Source of the DNA: Macrostomum lignano
Lineage: Eukaryota
Direction of reading: 5' to 3'
DNA: 64,000 nt
Assembly: GCA_002269645.1 (NCBI GenBank)
Contig: NIVC01000225.1
Location: 124,001 to 188,000 of the forward strand
The translations under genes were made by a program, and so were the position numbers. The notes below the pieces were generated by a model that was not told the origin of the DNA, did not search any database, and saw only the letters and a list, made by a program, of their open reading frames with translations. The stretch's first letter is position 1, and each line of letters opens with the position of its first letter. Of the stretch, positions 12,328 to 25,485 are shown piece after piece.

Positions 12328-14570
12328 GTAAAAGATGAACGTACATGTAATTAATTAATGGCGCGTCAATTGTACAGTAATTATAATGAAAAAGATTTTG
12401 CAACTTGTGACAGCGCGATGAATTGTATGCTATATACTAAGATATGTACTATATGGACTACATATGTATCCGGAAGGTGCATGCACTCACGTGTGAGCTA
12501 TTGAAGTTTTAGATTTCCACTGTATAGTTTGTTTAAAGACGGAAATAATCTAGACTTCGAAAAGCAACCTCTCCTCGGCAGCCACGATTTATTTTGTCTT
12601 GTAAACTACGCTTATTTTCACTATTCGAGTTTTGCTAAATTAAAAGCTACATGTACCATGACAATAGCATGCGGTTACAACAATGTATCATGACCCACTG
12701 GTACCCCCTACACAAAGATTATGATTTGCTCATTTAAAACACTATTACTTCAGCATATACAATTTCGTGTATTTTCTTATAGTTAAACCTCACCATTAGA
12801 TACCTGCAAATGCGTGTATGAGCAAAAAATTTTGACACTAACATTTTCATTAACTATCATTTAGTGTAATGGGCGATCCTCCCACCTCCCGCTGTGGTCT
12901 ACGGACCGGGACCACCCTTGAAATCATTTAAAATCATTTAATTAAAACGCAAATTTTTTATTTTCGTGAGGTATAACAATCTGATAAACAAAAGGCACTA
13001 ACATTAAAGATCGGACTGACTTTACTTACACTTAAAAATTTTTTTAGCAAAAATACCATTTTAAAAAGCTGCGTCTGTAATTATCAAATTAAAAAATTAA
13101 AAAAGATTTGTTGGGGTGTTGAGCCGAACTCAACTTACTCAAGAATCAAGATGGCAGGAAGCGGAGAAAGGGATATCATTAGCATTTTAGACCCCATTCA
13201 AGCTTAAATTTTAGAAAGTTATTTGCACTCGATGAAGCATTCACTGTTGAATAGATTATAGATATAGCCTATTTCCTATTTGCACAAATTCCTATAAAAA
13301 GTCCATCATTAGTAATTCTAAGTCTATTTATGGAGCAGTGTAAGTTTATCAGCTAGAAAATTATCATTATGCTAATAATAGGGCCCAACATATGCTGGCA
13401 TAAAGTAAGCCTACATTTGCCTTTTTGTTCTACAATTAGATTGGCCTAATTGTAATTAAAAAATAATGATAATGGAAATATAATAGTGGTATAGCTTTTT
13501 TATAATAATGAATAGATTATGTAATAGGCCTATAAAATTTTAGTAATTTTGAATAGCAATCATTTCAAGATCAAATAATCCCCTCTAGCTCTAGCCTCTA
13601 GCCCTATTAGAATAAGTGTAGAAAACCTGTAGACATGCAATATCAACATGGGGGCTAAAATTGTAACTCACAATTGCAAGGTGCCAGAACGGGTGATGGT
13701 CATTTCGTCAACTCGGTTGATGAAATGACCAAAGTGTTGGGGCGACTTTACTGGTGGTTGACGAAGTGACCAATGCCTCAGGTCTTTCCCATTTGCTTTT
13801 TGATGAAGTGACTAAAATTTCCATTATATGAATGATAGGCCTAACATATGTAGCTGATATAGCTGCATATCTTGGATTCTTGTATAGCTTACAATTATTG
13901 GAATATCGATGACTTGTTTTATTAATTGCCTTATTTTTTAAAAATGAACAAATTTTGCAATTTTGCAATACCAGACTGCATGTCCATTAGGTTAAATGTT
14001 TTGATGCAAATATTCTATGCAAATGCGTCACCCCATGCGCACGATCATACCCATATGCGTCTTGGCATTAATGAATATTGAGTATTTTTTGTGTTATGCG
14101 ACCACACGCGACTACATAACATGGGTATTTCTCCTATCAAAATGCGTCAAGGACTGCTATAAAGTCTCCTATATATGGAGTTGTGAAAATTGGTGGACTG
14201 CGTGCGCCTAATTCCCACCCCTCTACCCCGCTGTGCAGTCAACTGAAGCCCCCGCAGCGAATTTTGATATCCAGTAATGCTCTTGATCGGAGTATATAAT
14301 TACGCACAATTCACGCGCGCTCATCAATCGATCGTGCCATACATGTATTAAGGTATTTCACTCCCTGTCATGCTTAACACTAAAATTTACAATGCACTGT
14401 AAGAAGGCACAAGCAAACACGAGCAGACAGACACAAAGGCACAGGCAGACGCGCAAACCGATTGGCAATATTGGGTGCAGTACCACGGCGGCGTGCTCTT
14501 GATTCGTGCATTCCTGCTCATGTAGCTACACAAGACTTGGCCATGTGCCTAAGCCTAGTGCTTTTACGTG

Positions 14571-15125
14571 TAGGGTCAGCAAACTTTTTACCTCAAGGGC
14601 CAGATTGAGAACCTAGCGCAATGACTGCCCTTCTAGGTCCGCTTTGCTGGGCCCCTAAGCAAAATGCACCCAGGAGTCCCTGATGATTGCAAGCCAAAGG
14701 AGGGAGAGAGGATAGGGAATAGAGAAGAGAAATACGAGCTGCGTACTCGTAGAAGAAAGGAGAGGCAAAGAATAAGGATAAGAGAGTATATGATCGAGAG
14801 GAGAGATGAAATAGGAGAGGATCAATCGAGAGGAGAGGAGAGACAAAATAGAAGAGAGGAGAGAAGAGGATTGAGAGAGGAGGGAAGGAAGAAGAGAATG
14901 GAGAAGAAAAGGAAGAGGAGAGGAGAGAGGTGAGGGATGAGAGGAAAAGAGAGAGGAGAGGAGAGGACAGGTGAGAGAGAAGAGAAAGGTGAGAGAAGAG
15001 AGCTGAAAAGACACAAAAATTGAGTGGTCCAGATTTCTATTGTGAAGATTCAAAGGACCCGAGGGCCGGATAGAGAGGCTTTGCGGGCCACATGTGGCCC
15101 ACGAACTGGAGTTTGACGACCCCTG
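14571..15125. mobile_element. hAT-type MITE with purine-rich (GA-rich) interior, nested in the 13691-16426 element
   Basis: Ends TAGGGTCAGCAAAC / GTTTGACGACCCCTG. Shares CCTCAAGGGCC and ATTGTGAAGATTCAAAGGACCCGAGGGCCGGATAGAGAGGCTT with the element at 30832-31124. TSD not recognisable. Confidence 0.75.
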
Positions 15126-15689
15126 TTTTAGCTATTCAGCCCTTCTCCTTTGGCACCTCTGATCGAAATTTTGAGTCTGCCGCAATCCCAAGACTTAATT
15201 AAACTGCTACAGGCACTGCAACCAAAATCACTAAAATGCCGTCAGCTAAAAGAATAGACAGCGCCAAGAGATCCAAAAAATTACTGGTCTTGCCCTTGCA
15301 ATTTTCATTCATTTGAGATATCATGACTATATACTATAAATAAATTAGTCAAGGACCACTGAAGTCACTAAAGCGTAGTCCTTGAAATGAGTGCAGTACA
15401 GTGTTGTGCAATGTTTGAATTAGTTGAAAATTTGAGCATTTTCAGCTAGACTTTTGGCTACTCCAACACAGAATTGAATATTGGCCTGGTTAATGTCATA
15501 TTGCCACAAACTAACAGCAGGAGTTTGGGTGCCCTTAGATTAGAAGAAATTATGTGCAATGTGCCCTCCCATCATTAGCCCCCCCCCTCTGAAATATGTT
15601 CCGACACACTGGCTTGAGCTACAGTACATTTACATGGTAGTCTGGGGAGTCCTGCAGTCCAAGGCCAGCTTAATGTACAGCTGACCACT

Positions 15690-15900
15690 AGAGAGCAGCA
15701 TTGTTCAAGGCAAGGCGGTGATCGAGACCGTCCTGCTGTATACTGTCAAGACCTGGACGCTGATGAAGTCGCTCGAGCAACAGTTGTTGACGCGGCGCAT
15801 GCTGGCCTGCTGCGCGCTGCCTTCAAGATCGCCTATGCGAGTGACCAACACGGCTTTTGTATCACCACGCTGACCTGTTCTGTCCAAGCGACCTGCTGCG
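15690..15900 (+). mobile_element. RTE-clade non-LTR retrotransposon fragment (post-RT region)
   Basis: Translates as AVIETVLLYTVKTWTLMKSLEQQL..AAHAGLLRAA, matching the RTE-type VESVLLYG.ETWTLTK motif. Shares GAGTGACCAA..GGCTTTTGTATC..CCAAGCGACCTG with the copy at 53150-53520. Confidence 0.7.
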
Positions 15901-18900
15901 CAGTCATACATGACCACATTCATGTATGTAATGGCTTGATTTGGAATGCTTTCTATATGTATGTTTTGCGAATTGAGGACCCGGCCACTTCAAGCATTAT
16001 CTTTGGTCCAGGTTCTCCTCAACTACATGTACTACTTCTTAATTAACTTCTGCATTCAAAATTTAACATATACAAATGTGCACGCGGGATGTCAAACCCG
16101 TCGTGCTGCACACGTTTCAAACACATGAGCACATTATATTTTGTTAGTAAATGTACAAGCGTATATCAGAGACGCATCGATCAAAAGCCGGCAGATGTTG
16201 CAGAGGGTATGAATATTAATTAGCCTGTCGACTTAGTCATTTCAGGGTTCAGTTTTACTGTTTTGCGGCTGCGGGGGGTAGTTTTTTGGCAGTTGTTGAA
16301 GTGACCAATGTTGGAACACTTCCTGTTGGCCAGTTGACAAAGTGACCAAGGTTTGAGATTGCTTCATTGGCTAGTTGACGAAATGGCCAGTTGACAAAAC
16401 GCCAGTTGACAAAATGACTAGGACCCGCCAGAACATGTTAACTTTTGCACAGAATACAGGCATAATACTAATTAGATGATGAGGCTTTTAGCTTTAATAA
16501 GATAGTCATAGTTACTCTTGACATTTACCCAAAAACTGCACCATGCTATAATACCACTTGCCTTAACTCAAGTGGCGAGGTAACTCGCAACACTGGAAAA
16601 TTAAAAAAAATGTAAGCAATAATTGCAAGAATAGTTGCCTCCTCCCTTAGATGGAAACCAGAAACAAAATCAAAGGGGTGACCAACCATTTTTTGCCAAA
16701 ATACAGAGCCATATCCCCTCTGTCCTATCTCTATTAGTGTTAGTGATAGATCCAAATACTTGGATTCAAAATCTAGATCCAAAATTGCAAAAAATGTCTT
16801 ATTTTTTTGAAAAACAAATTTTTTTGGATTTAAAAAAAATTTCAAAATATTTTCCAAATGTATTATCAAATATGAAAAATCAAAAAACGTAAACAAATTC
16901 AGGTTTGTAAAAAATAAAACTTTTGAAATAAGAAAGTGTATTTAAAAAATCCAACATTTTATATTAGATATTGTTTATTTTTGCAATAAAATATTTGAAA
17001 TAAAGTTAAATAAAGTGAAGTTATTGAACTTTAAAACATTTGAGGCATTGAACCTAAAGTCATAAAAACATTTTTGGCAATCATTGCTTAAGTATAATCA
17101 TTAGTTTTTTTCAAAATGCAAATGCATGGACTTGTGGACTACAGTAAAGTATTCTTAGGAATATAAACATAGGCTAATGTCAGTTAGTATTAGTAATTAA
17201 AATTAGCTAGATTAGTTATATAATAATATGTACAATTCAAAATTACTTACTCTCTTCTAAGTTTTAATTCTTGCAATTTCACTTGAATTTTGCTTAAAAC
17301 TTGCAAAAATCCATATTTAGTCTATTACTGATCTCTATATTCACTATACTCTCTAATTTATTATATGGTATATTAGAAAAAGTGAACATTTATACTATAA
17401 ATAATAAATTCAAGTTTATGCCAAAAAGTTTATATCAGACATTATCAAGAAGGCATTACAATAATAAATGACTTAGTCTTATCACCATATAAATTAATGT
17501 ATATTGATTTGTTGAGCCAATTACTAACAGTAGAGTAGCGTTGCCACTACCATAATTTTGTATTACGGAATGTTGAATTTTCAGAGCTTTCTTTGAGATG
17601 AGAACTTTAGGTTGTTTTATACACCGTGGGCAAATAACTCAATATAAAGCTATGGGCTTAAGGAACAAACGAATAAATATTTTTTGTTCTTTATTATTAA
17701 GTATTAAACTATTACTATAAGCAAATTAACTATTATTTATGATAAATTTTGGAGACACTACTAGACAATGTGATCCGGTGTACTGAGTATGGAATAAATA
17801 GGTTAATGGGATTTAACTGTGGTTCTGGCACTCAATGAAGAGATACAAACAAAAACAACTAAAACTTAAAACAGCAACAAAGTGAATAACATGAGTGAGA
17901 AACATGGCATTGCATAAATAGGGGTAACATTTCATTGCCAGAGGGAGGGGCACTCATGGAAACATGTCACTCTGGGAATCCCAGGTTGGACGCTATGCAA
18001 ATAGACGAAAAAAGTAGAAAAAAGAGAAAATAACAATAGTGGGGGCAATTGCTGCGCCATGTAATGGGGAAAAAAATCTAAGGTTAGGTCAGGGGTTGGG
18101 CAACTAGGGGTGTGACATCAATCCCGCCAGTGGCATAGACAAATGATTCAGTTAAGCAAAATAATAATTATTACAAAATGTATAAAAGGTTAAACAGGTC
18201 ATGCAAAAATTAAATGGGGTAACATGCAAAAACCTAAAGGATTAGGCTAAAGTTTTAAAGAGTCATTGCACAAAGTGGTAGATACACTATGACAGCTAGT
18301 ATATTAATGGCTTTTTTAATTAAAAACAAACATTTCATTTTCTAAGAAACTGATTCAAAAACAAGTTTTACCAGTATTTAAAATATTGATTTTTTTGTTT
18401 TTGTGTTTCTTTTCAAAAAAGTTCTGGCACATGGCTTAAGCACAAACTGATTTGATAAGAATAGCTCTAGTGCATGGCACAAGAAAACTTTTTTGATAGG
18501 ATTTATTCTGGTGTATGGTGCAATCAAACTTTTTTAATAGGATTTGTTCTAGTGCAGGCATGCCAAGATCCTGACTCTGGTCCCACCTTGGGTCCTTCCC
18601 CTCCAGAATCCATTTCCCCCCAACAAATTTTTGGCTGCAATACTGTATGAGCCATAGTCTCAAAGATGGCCTATTATATGTCAAAATTTATAGCTATCCC
18701 CTAGTTTTGCAAATTTAATTTTTTTCAAAATTTAATGAAGTTTAACAAAATTTTAACAATGTTTTAACAATAGAGTTTGTTTGAATTATACTTGTTGGTT
18801 GTTGGTGCTGCAGGGTGTCTAGCCATGGTTGCTCAAGAGATTGATCACAATAAAGAAAGCAAACAAGGCAAGAAATATATCAGAATCCCAGTCTCTCTTG

Positions 18901-20179
18901 CCCCAATCCCTTCTCAAAAACAGGGAGTGATTGCATGTTTTGGCCATAGATATAGCCAATAGCTATCTTAAACTAGTAGATAGAGACATAAAATATATAT
19001 ACTACCACATCTTAAACTTGCACAAGTTAAATATTTACTTGTAGTAACTAAGGTAAGGAAGTTCTTTTTATTAAATATTTAAATGTGAAAATTTAGAAGA
19101 TTGCCAAATTTTCTTTCATACATAATGGATTAGGGAGTGGGGCTTGGTATATATTGTTGCATATCATAGTATGATCAATGCACTTAGTATTTATAGATTA
19201 GTTATAAATCAATTTTAAGTATAACAATTCATACGTGCCCAACACCTATCCAACCTGTCCAAACTAGATGGGTGAAATGGCCACTGGCCAAGGTAAGTTG
19301 CAAATTTTAAAATGCAAAAAACAAAAAATTGGGAGAAGAAAAAAGGAAAGGAAGAGAAAAAGAAAAGAAAGGAGGGAGAAAAGAGAGAGAGGGGAAAGAG
19401 AAAAGGGAAAAAGGCAATAAAAGTAATATACAAAGTGAAAATTAAGTTGCAATTGGGGGAACTAAGTCGCAATCAGGAGAAACTAAGTCGCAAAGCTGGA
19501 CAAAACACTAAGTTGCACCTGACGGGTGAAAATTTGAGGTTGGGCATATATGTAATAATTGAATATAATGGGCCTATATATTAGGCCTTGGTTGAATGTG
19601 AATTTTAGGTCATGTGTGATTCAATTTTTTTCTGTCATGATAGTATATGATTTGTGGTTGTGATTTTTAATTTTTATGTTCCATTAAAACTAAAAAACAC
19701 TTTCCTTCTAAAGAAAATCATATATACTACTGTTATAATTATAATGTTTAGAATTTGTTTGTTTGTTTAGAGTCATTCAATCTTAAAAACAGTTTCTAAT
19801 GAGTTTTTTGGCACAAGAAATATTATTTAATATATATTATAAATATAGAAGTTTTAAAATAAGTAGTATGTAGTTTAATTCATTTTGTTTATCTTGATCT
19901 CATAACTTTTTGGCATAGATATAGATTTCTCAAAGCCACTTTTTATCCTAGTATACACTTGAAATCTTTAAGACTATGGCAAAAAGGAGAGAGCAAGGTT
20001 AATTTATCCCTTTGGTAAACCTAGGTTAAAGGTATAAGGGAGACCAAGCAACCTTTTGGCGATACCCTGTGACAAATATCTGGTCCGAGAGTTTGCATGC
20101 TGACGGGCTGCTATTCAAGTAGTGATTGAAAACATAGTTAGTGGAGACCAATAACTGATAGAGCCAATTATTCTATTAT

Positions 20180-20788
20180 GGATTACTGTCGCCAAGGTCA
20201 GCTCTGGCTCCATAAGCAGTCGCTCCCTGATGTGGTTGCTAAGCACTTTCTCGACGAGCTGGTCACGCAGCATCTCCTCCTGGAAGGTCTTGAAGTCGCA
20301 GTTCGAAGTCAGGTTTCGTAGCGCGGCAACGAAGTCGCTGATCTTCTCGCCCGGTCGCTGAGCTCTCTGTTGGAATCTGTGCCTCTCAGCAACTACGTTG
20401 ACCTTAGGTCCGAAGTGCGTGTCCAGGAGCTTCAGCGTGTCATCGACTGTTGCTGGCGGATGCTCTTCTTCCTCTTGATTGCGGCTGGCCTGCAGAGACA
20501 TGTAGATGTTTTTTCCCTCTGCACCCAAGCAGTGGATGAGCAACGCTTGTTTTCTTAGCTCCAGCAGATCGATGGCTCCCGATGCTAGCAGGTAATTGCT
20601 GAACATTGCTTTCCATCGGTTCCATTCAATCAGCGGTGCTCCAGCGGCTGGCAGAAACGGCTGCGGTGGCGATATGTTGAGACTCATTCTGTTGGCTGTA
20701 TCTCTGCTTGACTGTTGGGCTGCTGCTTGTTGGGACCCTCGCTGTGGGTCGCCAATCGCACTTGCATTTGTGCCTTCTGTGCTGCTCA
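20180..20788 (-). mobile_element. Truncated Ty3/gypsy-type gag ORF
   Basis: WNRWKAMFSNYLLASG..RKQALLIHCLG..HFGPKVNVVAERHRFQQRAQRPGEKISDFVAALRNLTSNCDF..EMLRDQLV is typical retrotransposon gag. It breaks off after EPELTLATV, with no pol or LTR seen. Confidence 0.8.
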
Positions 20789-20945
20789 TGACTTGGCAGA
20801 TTTGAGTTCGCGCTTTTGCTGAGTCACGCTGGCCCAAATCAATTGATTTCTCCGTGCGACGCCTAAATGTAGTGAGCGAGAGACAAGCCAGTCAGGTTGA
20901 GCAAGGTATAATTGTACTTTTTGCCCATCCTTTCAGCTTTAAGCG

Positions 20946-23900
20946 ATGTCTGACCTGCCAGACACCTTCGACTACATTGTCTGGGGCGCCGGCCTGTCTG
21001 AGTGCATCCTGTCCGCCGCCCTCACCAGGGCTGGGCACTCTGTACTGCACCTGGACAGCTGGCAGCAGTACGGCGGTGCCTGGCAGTCGCCGACTCTGCG
21101 TGATCTCGAGTCTCAGCTGGCAGAGGTCGCGCCCGGCGCCCGCCTGGCCTGGGCTCAGCCGGCCGAGGCCGATGCCTGGCGATCGAGGTCGCGCTATTTC
21201 TGCCTGGACCTGAGTCCGCGTCTCTGCTTCTGCCGGGGCGACACCGTGTCCGCGCTGCTGCAGTCTGACGTGTCCCGCTACCTGGAGTTCCTGCCGGTGT
21301 CCGGGCTGTACACTGTCGACGAGGCCGGCTGTCTGGAGCGGGCGCCGGTACAGCGCGGGCAGCTGTTCCGCAGCGACAGGTACCTGCTAGTTAGCTAGTG
21401 CTCAGTGGACCCGTGTCTCAGTGCTCAGTGGACCCATGTCTCAGTGCTGAGTGGACCCGTGTCTCAGTGCTCAGTGGACCCGTGTCTCAGTGCTCAGTGG
21501 ACCCATGTCTCAGTGCTCAGTGGACCCGTGTCTCAGTGCTCAGTGGACCCATGTCTCAGTGCTCAGTGGACCCATGTCTCAGTGCTCAGTGGACCCGTGT
21601 CTCAGTGCTCAGTGGACCCGTGTCTCAGTGCTCAGTGGACCCATGTCTCAGTGCTCAGTGGACCCATGTCTCAGTGCTCAGTGGACCCATGTCTCAGTGC
21701 TCAGTGGACCCGTGTCTCAGTGCTCAGTGGACCCGTGTCTCAGTGCTCAGTGGACCCATGTCTCAGTGCTCAGTGGACCCATGTCTCAGTGCTCAGTGGA
21801 CCCGTGTCTCAGTGCTCAGTGGACCCATGTCTCAGTGCTCAGTGGACCCGTGTCTCAGTTCTCAGTAGACTCATGTCTCAGTGCTCAGTGGACCCATGTC
21901 TCAGTGCTCAGTGGACCCATGTCTCAGTGCTCAGTGGACCCATGTCTCAGTGCTCAGTGGACCCATGTCTCAGTGCTCAGTGGACCCATGTCTCAGTTCT
22001 CAGTGGACCCATGTCTCAGTGCTCAGTGGACCCATGTCTCAGTTCTCAGTAGACCCATGTCTCAATGCTCAGTGGACCCATGTCTCAGTGCTCAGTAGAC
22101 CCATGTCTCAGTGCTCAGTGGACCCATGTCTCAGTGCTCAGTAGACCCATGTCTCAGTGCTCAGTGGACCCATGTCTCAGTGCTCAGTAGACCCATGTCT
22201 CAGTGCTCAGTTGACCTTATGCAAGCAAGAGCCCTGCATTCTGTGTAATCCGCAACTCCGCCCCATCGCCAACTCCAGATTCTCGCTTGTGGAGAAGCTG
22301 CACTGCGGCCGCTTCGCCGAATTCTGCGTCTCCTGCCAGCCGGACCGGGACCTGGCGGACGCGGGCAGCTTCCCAGAGCTGCTGGCCCGTCACGGCCTCC
22401 GCTCTGGCCCGGCCCAGCGTCTCTTCGCCCTCGCCGTCGGCATGTCGCCTCCGGACTCACCAGCCGAGACCGTCGTGGCCGGCATTCGCCGATTCCTCGC
22501 CTCCTGCGGCGCCTACGGGCCCTCGCCTCTGCTGGTGCCGAAGTACGGCGCCTCCGAGATCTGCCAGGCCTTCAGCCGGCACGCCGCCGTCTGGGGCGCC
22601 GTCTTCCACCTGGGCGCCGATCCGGACAGGCCACCGGCCGAGGCCCGGCGCCGCCTCATCGTCAGCGACCGCTTTGCCCAGTCTGGCTGGCTCGACCTCG
22701 GCCGGAAGCGCCGCCTGTTCAGGCAGATTCTGGTCACCGACGGGTGCGTCTGCTGGTGCTGAGGCCCTTCCCGATCCTTCCGGGCACCTCTGCTGCCCTC
22801 TCTCCGATCCTTCAGGGCACCTCTGCTGCCCTCTCCGATCCTTCAGGACACCTCTGCTGCCCTCTCCGATCCTTCAGGGCACCTCTGCTGCCCTTCCCGA
22901 TCCTTCCGGGCACCTCTGCTGCCCTCTCCGATCCTTCCGGGCACCTCTGCTGCCCTTCCCGATCCTTCAGGGCACCTCTGCTGCCCTCTCCGATCCTTCG
23001 GGCACCTCTGCTGCCCTTCCCGATCCTTCAGGGCACCTCTGCTGCCCTCTCCGATCCTTCAGGGCACCTCTGCTGCCCTTCCCGATCCTTCAGGGCACCC
23101 TGACTTACCCTGCCCTCGGCCAGCAGCTGTGCCTTCTATTCAATTTGACTGATATTGATGTCACGTGATGTCGCCATGCTTTACACCTATCCGCTCGCAG
23201 TTCCTGGGCGCCCCGGTCGGAGGACCAGCAGGACGCTGACGAAGTCCGTCTAGCCGTCTGCATGCTGCCCGGCTTCACTCGGCCGCTTCTGGCGATGGAG
23301 CTGCCGCCCGAGACTGGCTGCTGCCCGACTGGCACCCGTGTTGTCCACCTGCTGCAGCCCTGCAGCCCGGGAGAGTCGCCGCCCACCGACTGCGTGCAGT
23401 GCGCGCTGGCGCCCTTCACCGACCTGCGGTTTGAGCGGCTGCCCCCCTGCTGCCAGTGCGCGTCTGAGCCGACCGCCGCGAATCTACCAACTGAGACTGC
23501 TTTGGATAAGAATCTGGGGCAGAGTGACTCAACAGGTCAACCGGCCGACTCAGCGGGTCAACCAGCCGACTCAGCGGGTCAACCAGCCGACTCAGTGGGT
23601 CAACGAGCTGACTCTATGAGTCAAACGGCCGACTCAGTGAGTCAACCAGACGACTCAGTGGGTCAACTGGCCGACTCAGCGAGACAACCAGACGACTCAG
23701 TGGGTCAACCGGCCGACTCAGCAAGTCAACCAGCCAACTCAACGGGTCAACCGGCCGACTCAGCGATTCAGCCAGCCGACTCAGCGAGTCAATCAGCCGA
23801 CTCAGCGGAACAACCAGCCGACTCATCGGGTCAACCGGCCGACTCAGCGGGTCAACCGGCCGACTCAGCAGATCAACCGGCAGCAGCCGCCGATGACCAG

Positions 23901-24281
23901 CAGCCATTCCGCAAGCCCAGCTGCATTCTGTCGGTCTGCTTTGTCCAGGACGACCTGAGCGACTGCCTGAACCCCGGCGCCCTGCCGGACAATGTGACAG
24001 TCGTTCCGAGCCTCTATTCGGACTTCGACTTCGACGTGGCTTTCCAGCGGGCCAAGGAGCTGTTCGACGAGCTCTGCCCCGGCCAGGAGTTCCTGCCGCG
24101 GCCGCCGGACCAGGAGGACCTGGTGTTCGATCAGCCCGCCTCCGAGGCGCCGACAGTCAACGGCGACTGTGGCGAGGGCGAGAACGAGGGCGCGGCGGAG
24201 GCAGCCCCGCCTGCGACGCCTGCTGCCGAGGTAACCCCCAACGGCGACTCCAGCGAAAGCCAGCCTGAGAACGCGCGCTGA
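20946..24281 (+). CDS. CHM: Rab escort protein (REP/choroideremia, GDI family), about 659 aa, 3 exons
   Basis: Exons 20946-21379, 22279-22743 and 23201-24281, phases consistent. Motifs: FDYIVWGAGLSECILSAAL..G.SVLHLD...YGG.W, FCLDLSPRL, LLQSDVSRYLEF, SPLLVPKYGASEICQAFSR.AAVWGAVF. The REP-specific C-terminus AKELFDELCPGQEFLPRPPDQEDLVFD separates it from GDI. Confidence 0.92.
21397..22211. repeat. 23-bp minisatellite (GTGCTCAGTGGACCCATGTCTCA)n in CHM intron 1
   Basis: About 35 tandem units between the donor at 21380 and the acceptor at 22278. Confidence 0.96.
22764..23100. repeat. 31-bp minisatellite (GGGCACCTCTGCTGCCCTCTCCGATCCTTCA)n in CHM intron 2
   Basis: Tandem array between the donor at 22744 and the acceptor at 23200. 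Confidence 0.95.
23520..23880 (+). repeat. 21-bp coding minisatellite (GGTCAACCGGCCGACTCAGCG)n encoding (GQPADSA)n inside CHM exon 3
   Basis: About 17 units. The frame stays open from the upstream REP motif (RVVHLL) to the downstream motif (ILSVCF). Confidence 0.9.
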
Positions 24282-24540
24282 TTGTCATCGAGTTAATGCG
24301 AACAAATCATTGTACTAATGAGCCAATTATTCTGTAATATTAGCATCCATTTTCTCTATCCAGCCTTTGCAATTGTCGAATGCTTATATTGATATGTACT
24401 GGTTGGTGATTGGGCTGGAGTCCTGGCGCACAGTCGTGATAATCAATGATTTTGCTATTCAGACTTATTTATGATGCCTTCGATTTCAGATCTATTCGGA
24501 CTCGAGATGGCTTGTGAGCTAATTATTTTGAAAATGTATT

Positions 24541-24546
24541 AATAAA
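24541..24546 (+). terminator. Polyadenylation signal AATAAA of CHM
   Basis: Canonical hexamer about 260 nt after the stop, followed by a U-rich stretch. Confidence 0.6.
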
Positions 24547-24635
24547 ACCAAATGCGTCGGTCTGTCTTTATTTGCGCTATCGGATTCCATCATTTCTGAT
24601 TTGCTTGCTATGGGAGCTGTGGAGACTTTGGTTGT

Positions 24636-25372
24636 GAATCTCCCTGCTTTGGATCAGTGAATCTCCTTGCTTTGGATCAGCGAATCTCCTTGCTTTGGAT
24701 CAGTGAATCTCCTTGCTTTGGATCAGTGAATCTCCTTGCTTTGGATCAGTGAATCTCCTTGCTTTGGATCAGCGAGTCTCCTTGCTTTGGATCAGTGAAT
24801 CTCCTTGCTTTGGATCAGTGAATCTCCTTGCTTTGGATCAGTGAATCTCCTTGCTTTGGATCAGTGAATCTCCTTGCTTTGGAGCAGCGAATCTCCTTGC
24901 TTTGGATCAGTGAATCTCCTTGCTTTGGATCAGTGAGTCTCCTTGCTTTGGATCAGTGAGTCTCCTTGCTTTGGATCAGCGAATGTCCTTGCTTTGGATC
25001 AGTGAGTCTCCTTGCTTTGGATCAGTGAGTCTCCTTGCTTTGGATCAGCGAGTCTCCTTGCTTTGGATCAGTGAGTCTCCTTGCTTTGAATCAGTGAGTC
25101 TCCTTGCTTTGGATCAGTGAATCTCCTTGCTTTGGATCAGTGAATCTCCTTGCTTTGAATCAGTGAGTCTCCTTGCTTTGGATCAGCGAATCTCCTTGCT
25201 TTGGATCAGTGAGTCTCCTTGCTTTGGATCAGCGAATCTCCTTGCTTTGGATCAGCGAATGTCCTTCTTTGGATCAGTGAGTCTCCTTGCTTTGGATCAG
25301 CGAATGTCCTTGTTTTGGATCAGCGAGTCTCCTTGCTTTGGATCAGCGAGTCTCCTTGCTTTGGATCAGTCA
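24636..25372. repeat. 23-bp minisatellite (TCTCCTTGCTTTGGATCAGTGAA)n between CHM and GSTCD
   Basis: Tandem array filling most of the intergenic spacer. Confidence 0.96.
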
Positions 25373-25485
25373 GCCAATTGCTATGCTAGTAGTGCAAGAA
25401 ACAGTTTTCAAAGAACAAAATTGGTTGCAAGGTTAAAAAGGGCCGACCTCATTTTTCACCTGCTGCGAGCCACCGCCAGAGCCGC

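Larger units (their letters stand above)
13691..16426. mobile_element. Non-autonomous DNA transposon (2.7 kb) with 8-bp TSD, containing nested insertions
   Basis: TIRs GGGTGATGGTCATTTCGTCAACT and (reverse complement) GGGTCCTAGTCATTTTGTCAACT. TSD GCCAGAAC at 13683-13690 and 16427-16434. Subterminal GTTGACGAAGTGACCAA repeats at both ends. Superfamily not assignable. Confidence 0.8.

Noticed and set aside
14655-15053. Hydrophobic or charged low-complexity ORFs here and at 19215-19584 and 30855-31100
   Set aside because: They are translations of purine-rich simple sequence or (GA)n, two of them inside MITEs.
21398-22211. CRISPR-like array or 215-aa repeat proteins
   Set aside because: These are head-to-tail tandem repeats with no unique spacers and no cas genes, in a eukaryotic intron. 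The same applies to every array in the window.
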